Shown here: positions 11,401 to 23,215 of the stretch, piece after piece
Layout of the letters: each line of letters starts with the position of its first letter
Position numbering within the stretch: the first letter of the stretch is position 1
Source of the DNA: Pavona decussata
Lineage: Eukaryota
DNA: 64,000 bases
Direction: 5' to 3'
NCBI GenBank assembly: GCA_977016875.1
Contig: CDRNST010000178.1
Span: forward strand, 868,001 to 932,000
Notes under the pieces: generated by a model
The model's input: only the letters and a program-made list of their open reading frames with translations
The model's database searches: none
What the model was told of the DNA's origin: nothing
Program-made: the position numbers and the translations under genes

Positions 11401-14400
11401 GTGGAAGGGTAACGTAGTCATGTCAGGAGGCTTATGTTTTACATAAGCTTATGTAAACCGTAGCTTAAAGTTTTCTTAAGAAACCCTAGCATGGGTTATC
11501 CGTTCAACTTTTTGGAAACCTTGAGTGATCTTTGGCAATCATTGGAAAACCTGGGACGCTTTTCATTATGCCAAATGTTTTGGTTCGAAATTTTGGAGAC
11601 TGCAAATGCACGTATAATTTATAGGTGTAGAGTTAAGACATTTAATTTGTTTTTGGTTACAAACCCACGTATTTTCTTATTAATAAATGTAAAAAAAAAG
11701 TTTGGCAGCAAATATTCCAACGTAAGAAGAAAAAATTGCAGGTTGCCAGCACATTTTGGCAGGGCTACGTCCTACAGTGAAACTTTTATGTATTGTGCCA
11801 GATTAAATGACGGAAGTCATTTTAGATTTTAGCACCCTAAGGGGTACCAAACCACAAATTTTAACCCCTAAAAGGTACGACGATCACCCCCCATCCATTT
11901 TATATGGGAGTCTTCCCCCCCCCCCCCCCAAGGAATATATACAATGATGACAAGAAATCCTTTAGGAGAGATTTTTGGAGTTAGCAAACATTTACAGGAA
12001 TGTCTTCCCAAATTTACTTAAAAAGAGAAATCTAACAGCTATTTTCTTATTCTTATTCTGGAATATGGTCAATCGCATGCAACCTATTAAGTGAAATAAG
12101 AAATAACTAAAAGTCTAGTAACAAAGACCTTGAGTATATTACCGTTGCCTTGCTTTCAACGCAGTCATCCCAAAATTTGCTGGCAGAGAATTTTTTTCTT
12201 AACACCACCGTCATGCCCCTGAGCAGGCAAGATCCAACGCTTACGCTGCCTCCAGCACCGTGATATAATGGCAATGTACAGTAAATGATGTCCTCTGGAG
12301 TGATGGAAAAAATAGTAGAAACTGTGCCCAATCCAAAGAACCTTCAGGGTTTAACAAAATAGTATGACTGGCTGGTTATTGAATGGATCATAAATGGTAT
12401 TATGCGACTATAGAACTTTTCACAGTTTCTAGCATGCCACCTGGTTCTGGCAGGACACATTCAAGTAATTTATTACAAACAGCCAACATTGCAGTAAATG
12501 CATGGGAAATTGGCCGACTTTATAAAAGATATGTTATCATGCGTCAGTTTTGCCATCTTGCAAAGCCATTTGCTACACCTACAACATCATTAACCTAGAA
12601 CCATATCATTATAAATTTGAAAATAATGTGCAAAATGTAGTCTTACTTTTCATGGGTAATAATAGCGGGCTTGGGATATCCAGTTGTTCCTGATGTGTAC
12701 ATATACAACAACACATCTACAAGAAAAGTTATCATGTCAGAAGTCCACTTGCCAGGGCTGAGGAGGGGGGAAGAGATGAATAACTGACCCAGACCCTTTA
12801 AGGTTGGTGCCTACTAATACCGAAGTATTTTTGCACGGTTTAATTATGACTGTGCGGGAAAGCAGATCTTAGCAAGGGCTATGGAAATACAAAAAGAAAA
12901 TTGGAGGTAACCACGCATTTTTTAGAGATAATTAAGCAACAATTATTCTAAAAAGCAGTAAAATACAAAGCAATGTATGGCGTTTTTTTTTTTTTCCAAA
13001 TTGAAGCTTTATTATCTCTGAAAAATGCATGGTTGCCCCCAGATTTTTTCTGGATACCAAGAGCACTTGCTAAGTTCTGCTTTCCCTGAGTAGTTTTAAA
13101 CCACGCAAAAATATTCCTGTATTAGTAGGCGCCACCCATAGGAAACCCGAGTATCATGAGATGTGCAAAACGTATGTGCACCCTACTTTTGCTATTGTGC
13201 ATAATTATATGTTCTGCAGATCTCGAGATGATGCCTACTAATTTAACTTTAGGTATCGTCGTAAAACAGATCCAAAGGAAAAACAAACGCAATAACATTC
13301 AAAACGATTTAATCGAAATTCAACTCGTGTTATTTACAACATACTCGAAAGCCGTAAAACCACAACTGAACTTGAGACGCATACAAAACGATATAAAAGA
13401 TACAAAACCACGAGGTACACGTCAATCAAATTAATAATCAAATGTCATTCATCGATGTACTGTTCGGATGTACGGTCCAACAAAACAAATAATGTAACAA
13501 AAGATTTACGACAGGTATTTTTGCATAGTCTATGACTATGTGGAAAAAGAAGATCTTAGCAAGGCTGTTGAAATTCAGGAAAAAAAAGTTGGGGTAATCA
13601 TACATTTTTCAGAGATTAAATGAAGCTTCTATTTGAAAAAAAATTCCATACTTAGTTAATATGTATTATTATTGTTGATTAATTATCTCTGAAAAATGCA
13701 TGCTAATTACCACCAATTTTCTTTTTGGATTCCAACAGCCATTGTTGAGATCTGCTTTTCCCACATAGACTTAAACTGTGCAAAAATACCTTTGAATGAA
13801 TCTATTCATTCAAAGGTATTTTTGGGCACTGTCCTCATTAAATAAAAATTTGGTTATAATTCCTCTTTTCATATCCTTAACATGTAATTTTTTTTAGATG
13901 AAGGGGTCATAAATTATTATTTTGGGTGTTTTCCATAAAACATTGGATCAGACATACTTATCCTGTGTGATCAGAGACAAACGGGTATTATTAACTTACA
14001 TTTAAATTAAAAAAGAAACTTTAACCTAATTTCTGATGGTGTTGTTCCAGAAAATATCCATACCTCCCCAATAGAAGGTTTTTTGGTTTGAGCCCTACCC
14101 CCCCCCCCCCCTTTTAGAAATTCCAGTTTAGCTCCATACTTACCTTTAAAAATTTTAGTTTTTGATACCCCCACCCCCTCAGAATTTCCAATGACCTTCC
14201 ATAGAGTGGGTATGGATATTTTCTGGAACTGCTCAATTGACATTGAAACCTGCATTTTCCGCCAAAGACAATTACCTAGTGTGGGAGTAAGGCCCGGGGG
14301 GGGGGGGTACTCCCTTATATTGGCTATATAGGTATGTGCGGCGCCAAAGGGTATGGTTTTTCAGCCGCTTTGGTCATAAATAGGGTATCAAATTTAGCCA

Positions 14401-17400
14401 TTTTGCCGCCATTTTGGTAATAAATAGGGTATCAATTTTTGCACTCTAGTCTTGAATTTGTTTTTTTTTTTTTTGAAGAAGCTACTTCGTCATTAATTAT
14501 GATGTTTACAGCAACTGTGTACGTGCCGCAACGGCTTGTCATTCACTCCGGTCACACGCTGGACTCCAGGGGTTTTTGAACTGAAGTTGACCAGACAGTA
14601 TCAGGTCATAATTAGGGTATCAAAGTTTTGGTCAGGTCATAAATAGGGTAAGGGAAAATAGCAGATTTTGGTTATAGGGTAAGGGTTTTGGGAAGCGGGC
14701 CGCACACTCCTATCCATTTTTTGGGGAGTACCCCCCCCCCCCCCCCCCGGGAGTAAGGAATGCAAGATTTTTTTATAAACATAATTTTGGGGCCTTTAAA
14801 TAAACTAGGTAATATTGATCACAGTAGGCAGCTACTAACCCTTTTCCATTAAGCTTGATTCCTTTTTACCAGTAGTATAAATACCGTATTTACTCGAATA
14901 AGCGCCGCGGCGCTTATTTAATTTTTCGTGTCTCCTGTGCGGCGCTTATTCGAGGGCGGCGCTTATTTGAGGGCGGCGCTTATTAAAAGGCTCATACCAC
15001 AAAGCCAAAACATTTTGATTGTACAAGCAAACGCTGACAATCTCCTTACTGCAACAGTTACAGGGAAGAGAAAGAGGGAGGTTGGGCTTCTCTTACCGGC
15101 AAAGTTTACAGCCTTCACGCAAGAACTGAAGAACGCGAACATTTTGAAGAGAGAACTAAATGAAAGAGCATCAAGATATACTCACTTCGAACTGAAAACA
15201 TCACTATTGATGAAAATAAATTCCCATTGTTGGCTTAGAACCGCATTGCAGCGATTACAGTGTATTTTTATCATCTTATGGAAATACTCAAATAATCGCC
15301 GCACCGGTGCTGCGGCGCTTATTCGAGGGCGGCGCTTATTAACCATTCCGCTCCATGTGCGGCGCTTAATCGAGGGCGACGCTTGTTTGGGGGCGGCGCT
15401 TATTCGAGTAAATACGGTAGCTATAATTATTGAACCTTACCGTAGATTGACTTTGTGTAATCAACAGCTGGTGGTTTTAAAGAACTTCTTTCCAGTTCTC
15501 TGATCAAGCTTGAAGCTGTTATGTTTGAGCAAAGATTGGTTCCAAAGTAATACAGCTGTATATTTCCTGTCATGTGACCATGAATGTCCTTCATGGCACC
15601 TGTATAGGACAGTAAATATAACTTGTTAACTTACATACAAAATTAATCTTTTACTGATGTTACCTCATTGTGTTGTTCCAGAAAACATCCATACCTTCCC
15701 CACAGAAGGGATTTTCTCCAGGACCCCCTACCCATCTGGAAATTTCAATCTAACTTCATACTTTCCTTTATTTCAGTCTTTGGTCTTTGGATTTTGGGAG
15801 TCAAGAGTTTTGCAAGGACTGGATATGATTTTACCTTTGTGAGTGAATAGCTCACTCAAAACACCCTCAAAATGGTATTTGAAGCCATCATTAATATACA
15901 TGTATCACTGTTTGCAAAGCATGAATAGCGATTGATTAAAACTGAAATTTGACCTTGTGAAGAGGCCTTGGAGCATTAAATAAAGGGCTGTTTACATGGA
16001 GGGAGGAAGATCCTATAGTCCATGGGCCAGAAAGTGAAACCCTCCCCCCGTCTCGGGATTTTTGTAGACATGTATCATTTTAAACCTCTACCCAAAGGTA
16101 TTCCAAAAATCGATGTTTGCACTTGATCGATTGATGGGTGTGGCCGTATGGCGCCATTCTTTATTTTAATCAAAGTGCCACAGGCTACCCAACCCGGAAT
16201 TTTACAAACAATCTTCTTAAAAGGTACTATCCAAGGAATTAACACACAAAACTACCCATACTTACTTTTCTCCTCCCCCTCTGTTAGATGATACCTCAAC
16301 TTTCACTTTTAAGCTTCAAAGTTGACTACTGCGCATGTCACAAAGTTCATTCAGCCTGTGCAAGGGGTATATGTGAAGAATTACTCAAGTTTCCTTGCTG
16401 TAAATAAAACAGAGCAGTGACGCACCTTTACTAGATTTTGTCGATTGCAACCTCTTCAGATTCTTGTGTTTGTGTGTACGTTTTTTGTGCATGTGTCCAG
16501 TGTTGTGTAACTGTGTGTATTTCTGAAATGTAAAACTACCAATTGTAATCTTGTTATTTCCAATAAAGATTTGCATTAAAAAAAAAAAAAAAAAAAAAAC
16601 CTCTTCAGATTCACTGGAAACAATCAGTATGATTTCCTTGTCTCACTATTTAGTCACTGGCTGTGGTCCGAAACGTATCGACTCCTTACTGCTAGTCTTC
16701 ATTAGGTAATGGGGTCGACTAGTTACGCGTCACCATCGTCAGCAGACCATTGTGGTAAGAGTAGTAAAAGTGATTAATGTTCGTCACCAAGTTTCTCCAT
16801 GTAAATTTCAGAACAGATCCACGCTTTCAAATACAGCATCAGGCATCAGACTTCTGAGGAGCATCGAACAGATCAGCCCTTTGTTGTAGGTTGATCAGAT
16901 GTTGTAGGAGTGACTGTATCATTTCTTGTATCTTCTGACACTTCCTGAATGATAATGCCGCGAGCAGTGTGTGTTGTGCCTGCGCCCGATGGCGTTTCCT
17001 CCCTCAAGTCGAAGTTGTCCCAGCACAGGTGTGTGACTACGTCATATTTGGGCTGATCGTGAATGGAATAACACCTTCTTGCTCATCAATAGCTTTGTAC
17101 ATAGCTGTTTCTAGCTGAAGAACCCGCGAGTAGGAAGCACAATGGCCAAATCGATTAATCAGCGTTACAATCCCAGCACTGCCAGTCAAGAGCCTCAAAG
17201 TCATTCCAAGAAGTAGGTGTTTTGGCATCGTCCACTGTCCATTGGTAACTGCTTTACAGATATCTTGGGCAAACGAAGATATCAGTCTTTGTCTACTTGC
17301 AGAACTATCATTCTTGACAGCAAGTAAACTGGACAGAAATTCTTGAAGGCATGGTGGTGGTAGTACGTATCACTCACAAGAAAATCTGCTGATGAAGGCC

Positions 17401-20400
17401 GTGGCATTTCTTCAGATTCGATGTGCGCATTTTGAATAGCTCTTCCTAAAAGTGAATACTGTCTCTTCAAGTCTCTTGGTTTCAGAAGCTGCCGCTTCAA
17501 ATGCCACTGCGATTGCTTCCCCCGTTTTGATGTCTGATGAATACACAAACTCGCTTCCGTAATTTGGCTGCCAAAACTGGATTGAACTTCCAAACTGCAT
17601 GCTTAACTAACTTTGACTTAAGATTATCTGGTTTATAATCAGGATAATAGCAGTCAGGACTGTTTTGTAAGATGTAAGCCAGGTACCGCTCACGAAGCAT
17701 CGACTTCCTCTCCACATTACCTACTGATATGATTGATTGATTTGTTAACATGCTCAGTTAGCTTGTCAAAAGCAGCCTTATGGGCTGCCTTCACGGCTAC
17801 CTGGGCCTCATTTGAATCCTACTCTTTGAGGACCTCTTTGCTGTTTACTGATTGAGTATAATTTTTACGGAACGAGGCATGGTAATGCGCTTCTTTGGCA
17901 CTTAAGTCAATACCCTGTATCTCCAGCAGAATATCTCCATCTTGTTTTGTCTCTGCGGCTCTCTTTATTGCATCTTCCGTTGTTTTTGTGACACACTTGA
18001 ATAGATGCTCCTCTTTTCCGGACTTCCGTAAACGGTTTTTATCGCAAAAAAGGCTCCTATCAGCTGGCATTAGGCCCAATGGTGTTGATGTTGACTGTCC
18101 TGATAATCTGTGCCTTTTGACAGCATCCGGTCCGGGCTCCGAATTGCTACTAGATGCCGGCTTTTTGCGTTTCACTGGTCGGAAACATTTGTGAAGCGTT
18201 GATAGCATGACCTACATGTACGGTATCCTTACCTGGTTGGCAAAAATTTGCCTAGAATATTTGAGCAGATATCGTCTAACCTGTCTTAACCGGCCATAGA
18301 CTGTCTGAGATCAGAAGCCACTTTGATTTTTTGGAAGCTTCTTTCAGACATAACAGTAATGTCTGTCTCTTTCACCGCACGTGATGGAAGGCAATGAAAT
18401 GCTACAACAAAACATTCATGCCACGTAAACAAACAATGAAGATCATTTTTTTTAAATTGTACATTAGAGGTTTTTTTTTAAATAAATAAAAAAATAAATA
18501 AATAAATAAAGTTTGTTTACCAGAGACCTAAAGCTTCGGATGTTTCATACAATTCTTTTGATTGTTATTTTATCTGTCAATAGATAAATTGGCACGATCA
18601 AGGATTTTAACTTAACAGACAGGGCGTAATGGAGAAGGAGGGAAAAGATGTAAAGGCTTTAAGGATGAAAGTTCTAAATCAACGAAAATAAAAAGTAAAA
18701 AGACTGTTTCCGCGAGGTGCTTCATTCATTTTGCAAATGTCAAAGACACAAACATTACTGTGATGTCTAAACAAAGCTTCCAATAAATCAAAGCGGCTTC
18801 TGATCTCAGACAGTCTAAATAGGTTTAAGCTGAATGAACTTTGTGTTATGTGCAATGGTCAACTTTAAAGCTTGAAAGTGAAAGTTTTATTTACAGCAAG
18901 GAAACATGAGTAATTCGTAAGCATCACTTCACATATACCCCTTGCACAGGCTGAATGAACTTTGTGACATGCGCAGTAGTCAACCTTTGAAGCTAAAAAA
19001 TGAAAGTTGAGGTATCATCTAACAGAGCGGATGGAGAAGAGTATGTATGGGTAGTTTTGTGTGTTAATTCCATGGATAATAGCTTTTAAGAAGATTGTTT
19101 GTAAAATTCCGGGTTGGGTAGCCTGTGGCACTTTGATTAAAATAAAAAATGGCGCCATACGCCCACACCCACCAATCGATCAAGTGCAAACATTGATTTT
19201 TGGAATATCCTCGGGTAGAGGTCTAAAATGATACATGTCTGCAAAAATCCCGAGATAGGGGGAGGGTTTCACTTTCTGGCCCACGGACTACTAGCACAAG
19301 GAAGATCCTAGAAGGTGGATCAACTTTTTGTTTGGTTTACATGCAGAAATTTCAGTTGGAGTGGTAACCAAGTGGAGAAGGAAAAGAAGAAAAATTGTCG
19401 GCCTTTAGCAGCTGAACGCTCGGCTGCCGCCATTTTGTTCTTTTTTTGTTCCTAGTACTTATAAAGATCTTCTGAGTGAAGGTAGTTTACATGGAGCTAG
19501 GATCTTCCTATCTCTCAGCTAGGAAGAGGAAGATCCTATCTCTAGGAAGATCCTAGCACTAGGGCCAAGTACAACTTTTTGCATGTAAACTGAATACTGA
19601 AAACATATGGCGCTAGGATGATCCGCCTTCTAGGATCTCCCTCCCTCCATGTAAACAGCCCCTAAGGGTAGGGCATTTGAACAGCATTTGGCCCCAGGAG
19701 GTGAAAAATATTTGAAGACACCAATCTTGAAAACTAAAGTTCAAATGCAAGGGGGAGGGGGGGGGGGGCGGGGGTGTCACAAGTTTGTCCCAGATATAGT
19801 TCTTGAAAAGAGTTGGTTGTAACTGAAACATAGAAAGTTGTGTAAAGGGATAGATCCTGCCTTCTTTCCACCTCTGTTCTTAAAATAATTTGTGAGTGGA
19901 AGAGATAGTGCACACTAATGTTTACCTGAGAGGTCACTTCCAAATATTACAGTTCTTGCATCTGCCGCAGATACACAATGCCACAACGAATCAAGTCTAA
20001 GGTTGGTGTTGATAAGTGCAGTGATTACACCAAGTTTAGACAGACCCAGCCAAATACAAACAAACTCAGGACAGGATTCAAGAAAGAGCGCCACAACATC
20101 TCCCTTCTTGTAACCGTGTGAGTTGAAGTAATTTGCAATTCTGTTGGAGTAATCTTCAACATCTTGAAATGTCCATGTTTCCTGTTCAAAGATGAATGCA
20201 GCCTTTCGTGGATGTTTGGAGACCGTTTGCCGAAAAATATCTGCCACTACATCGTTGTTTTTTGCATGTTTTCGTTTTCGGATCATAATGGTAGAAAATC
20301 GGTAAATTAACCTGGAAAGAAAAGGATGGAAAGTTAAGGAAGGAATCAGTGGCAGTCCGAACCCATGAAATTTCTTTCTTTTTGTTATAAAAGCCAGCAA

Positions 20401-20743
20401 CTCTTTGCTCGTTTCCCAAAAACAACATCGTATCTTCAGCGATCAGTCACCCTAACGACGCCCGTACTGCACTGGCTGCAGGTAGATTTTACTTTGTTAA
20501 TTGTAAAGTTAAATTACATTGTTGTTGTTGATGTTGTTGAGATCACAAGCACAACATAAGCTACTATTTTATCACCTACCGTAAATCACGAAGCACTGTC
20601 CGAAAGAACACTCGAGGAAAAGACCTCCCTCTTGAAGCCAGAAAAACGACAAACAAAAGAACAGGGAACAGGACCCAAGGAAGCTGGGTGTAGTATACAA
20701 GAAATGAAATACCCGCCACCACTAGTGCCCAAGTGTACGCCAT
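8436..20743 (-). CDS. SLC27A4: Long-chain fatty acid transport protein (FATP, SLC27A1/4-like), copy B, 642 aa, 7 coding exons
   Basis: Exons 20580-20743, 19926-20311, 15441-15599, 12647-12716, 12143-12341, 10615-10987, 8436-9013 total 1929 nt, open frame, all GT-AG. Motifs [68 protein letters not shown]. Confidence 0.95.
9793..10031. mobile_element. Harbinger-type MITE with CWG TSD (related copy at 52937-53065)
   Basis: CTG|GCCCCAGTTGTTCAAAGGCCGGATAAC ... GTTATCCGGCCTTTGAACAACTGGCCC|CTG. Confidence 0.75.
14293..14751. mobile_element. Second element of the CCCGGG/poly-G family
   Basis: CCCGGG(G)nTACTCCC ... GGGAGTA(C)nCGGG; AGTAAGG duplicated at 14286-14292 and 14752-14758; repeated AAATAGGGTATCAA. 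Confidence 0.8.
14884..15417. mobile_element. Tc1/mariner (pogo-like) MITE, TA TSD
   Basis: TA|CCGTATTTACTCGAATAAGCGCCGC ... GCGGCGCTTATTCGAGTAAATACGG|TA; repeated GCGGCGCTTATT; ends ~23 bp from the FATP-B exon 3 boundary. Confidence 0.85.
16464..16597 (+). mobile_element. 5'-truncated retroposed 3' end (LINE tail or mRNA) with poly(A) and 15-bp TSD
   Basis: AACCTCTTCAGATTC at 16449-16463 and 16598-16612; AATAAA at 16562-16567; A-run 16578-16599. Confidence 0.85.
16920..18370 (-). pseudogene. Fragmented Academ-like transposase N-terminal half
   Basis: ORF pieces 17819-18208, 17497-17751, 17412-17600, 17037-17228 and the WDNFD..EET..G.GTTH segment at ~16940-17035 lie in different frames. Confidence 0.75.
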
Positions 20744-21029
20744 AATGTAACCCTCTGGGTGAAGGGTGGGGAGGTGTAAATGAGGGTCTACCTTCATATA
20801 GGTAACCACAGGGCACCTGGCAAGTAGGCTGATTGCCAAACCGCTGTTCGGGAAATGAGCTATAGCCGGACCCGGGGGAACGGCGGAAATCGAGCCTATT
20901 TGTATGGGATTTTATCGTGCGTTCGATAAAATCGTAAATTAATATATAAAAACAGGCATATATGACATTATGAAATTATGTCTCTGTGTTGTTTTCTGTT
21001 CCAATGATGTCTCTCTGTTGTTTCACGTC

Positions 21030-21226
21030 CAATCTCGTACCCAGAGTCTTCAGGCTTTTTGGTCAGCGGGGCAACGCCGGGAAGACTCTGGGGACATCGA
21101 AAAAATTCAATTTTTTTGATTGGCTGTTCCGTAACGGTTTCCATTGTTTTACCGCAGAAATCCTGCGGTAATAAAATTCGATGTCCCCGCTGACTAAAAA
21201 GCCTGAAGACTCTGGGTACGAGATTG
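21030..21226. mobile_element. MITE with 9-bp TSD (AcademH-like); CpG-decayed relative at ~32443-32665
   Basis: TTTCACGTC|CAATCTCGTACCCAGAGTCTTCAGGCTTTTT ... AAAAAGCCTGAAGACTCTGGGTACGAGATTG|TTTCACGTC. Confidence 0.8.
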
Positions 21227-22305
21227 TTTCACGTCCAAAAAGCATCACTCTCGTACCCAGATTCCTCAGGCTCTTGGCCGTAACGGCTTCTCCGTAACGG
21301 CTTGCACTAAGTTTAGCGCAAAAATCTACTCGATCAGTTCAGGGACTAACTTTGCAGTGAAAGCTTTCAGGTTTACGTTGTGGTCACATTCTTCTCATCC
21401 TTGAATTTGATAATTTCACGTTTAGTTGTGTAGAGAACGAAACAGAAAATTGTACCAAAAACGCTCGTACGGAGCTACTGTTTTGCTAATTTTAAAAAGC
21501 TTTTCGACCTCAGCTGGTCACAGGTCACCCACGTTGATGAGAGTGAAAATTGGTGATGCTCATCGATAACGCATTTTGAGTTTATTACGTGGAAGCTACG
21601 TGAATGCATAACATATGCCATGTAGTAAGGTTGTTACATGATCATTAATACACGTCTTATGGATCAGAGTAGTAAATTATAGTTTATGAAAGTGAATTTA
21701 TGAAATAATAAAACACTTGTACTGCAGATGACAGGTCTTACGAATGAGACTTTTAGAGAAGACCCATCCCAGCTTTGTACGGAAAAAAAGCCTGAAACGG
21801 GATTCGAAAGAGATAAAAGACCCTCGAGAAAACCAGAAAAAAAAGAAGCTTGACTACAAGCATATCCCTTATTTTTCTTAGGGACAGTATATAGCTTTCC
21901 TCCGCGCGTGGCGTCTCCACGCGCGAGGCAATTTTTCGCGCGCGCTCGCGTGGTTCCCTCTCTTTACCATCCCTGAATAAAGGACAACTGGTGACAGGAG
22001 GGCTCCTGCTGGTGGTCAACTACGTTAGCGGAGCAGTGCTCTTAGCAACTGAAATATCAAGCTAACTGGGGACTTGTCATTTTGAGAGTTCTTCAGTTCA
22101 GCAGAAGCTGTTTACTTCCTTGCGAAGGTCTTGCACTTAAGCGCACATAACGAGAGAAATAAAGGACGGTGCCTACTTTTCTTACTGCGCATACTTTCTG
22201 CGCCTCTTGAGATACTCGGGTTTCTTATGGGTGGTGCCTACTAATACAGGGATATTTTGGCGCGATTTAACACTATGCGGAGAACGCAGAACTGAGCAAG
22301 TGCTT

Positions 22306-22338
<33 letters not shown>

Positions 22339-23215
22339 ACATTTTCCAGAGATAATTAAGCTTCAATTTGGGAAAAAAAAATGCCATACATTGCTTTGTA
22401 ATTTAGCGCCTTTCAGAACAGGAGCTCATCATTAATGTTTTAGAATCCTTGTTGCTTAATTATCTCTAAAAATATGCGTGGTTACCCCCAGTTTTCTCTT
22501 CAAGGGTTCCAATAGCGCTGGCTAAGACGCGGCGGGGCAAAGCCGTAAAGTACAAGAAAATGTGCAGCTTATACGAAGGCCAGGCTTAGCTGATCCGTGG
22601 TTTACATACGGCCGCGACCTCAATATCATTTTTTGACGCGACGAAAACTGTGAGGTGTTTGTTGCTGTTGTTTAATACTGATTTTATTGGTTCTTAGCCT
22701 TGTTTCACGCACTGACCAGTATTTCCGAGAATGGAATGAACATTCGAATTCCTCTTTGTAATGTCCGGCATTTGAATGGAATGTTGAACATTTCACTGGA
22801 AATCTTTCCGATTAAGAAGCATTAACCGTGAAAAAAAAAAAAAAAAAAATCAAAATACTCGGGAAACATTGTTATTTTTGAATTACTTAATGCTGTAATG
22901 CAAAGAAAAATTCATAGCTTTATACCGTCAATAAACTAGGGAAATTTTTACCAGAACTCTGAAATCTCCCTGGCGACGTCGGTTCGAAACTGACAGGTAA
23001 ATTTCAAAACTCCATTCAAATTTCAAAACTAGCGGTCACGCGTGATGTAGATTGACTTATTTTGACATGCAAAAAATGTTCCATAATGGTAATGATAAAG
23101 TTAAAAAGTGTTAAGAAAAAGCCTAAGGTACAAAAACCAGTAAATCTTAACTACAAAATAATTACAGTTTTTTTTTACATCTAAATGTTACAATCACTAC
23201 TAGTCTTAACTCTGA

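Larger units (their letters stand above)
16016..19290 (-). mobile_element. Academ-type DNA transposon (defective), ~395-bp TIRs, 3-bp TSD
   Basis: TIRs 16016-16410 and 18884-19290 with TAGTCC...GGACTA termini; CTA duplicated at 16013-16015 and 19291-19293. Frameshifted transposase pieces on the minus strand, ~16920-18370: [27 protein letters not shown]...[37 protein letters not shown]. Confidence 0.82.
15984..19662. mobile_element. PIF/Harbinger (Tourist-like) MITE, split by the Academ insertion
   Basis: ~32-bp TIRs (A/G)GGGCTGTTTACATGGAGGGAGG.AGATCCTA at 15984-16015 and 19631-19662; TAA duplicated at 15981-15983 and 19663-19665; internal GGAAGATCCTAG repeats. Confidence 0.8.

Noticed and set aside
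14928-15503. 191-aa plus-strand ORF
   Set aside because: Lies in a mariner-type MITE with repeat-derived RRLFEG/AALIR peptides, overlaps a FATP exon antisense, and has no transposase motif.
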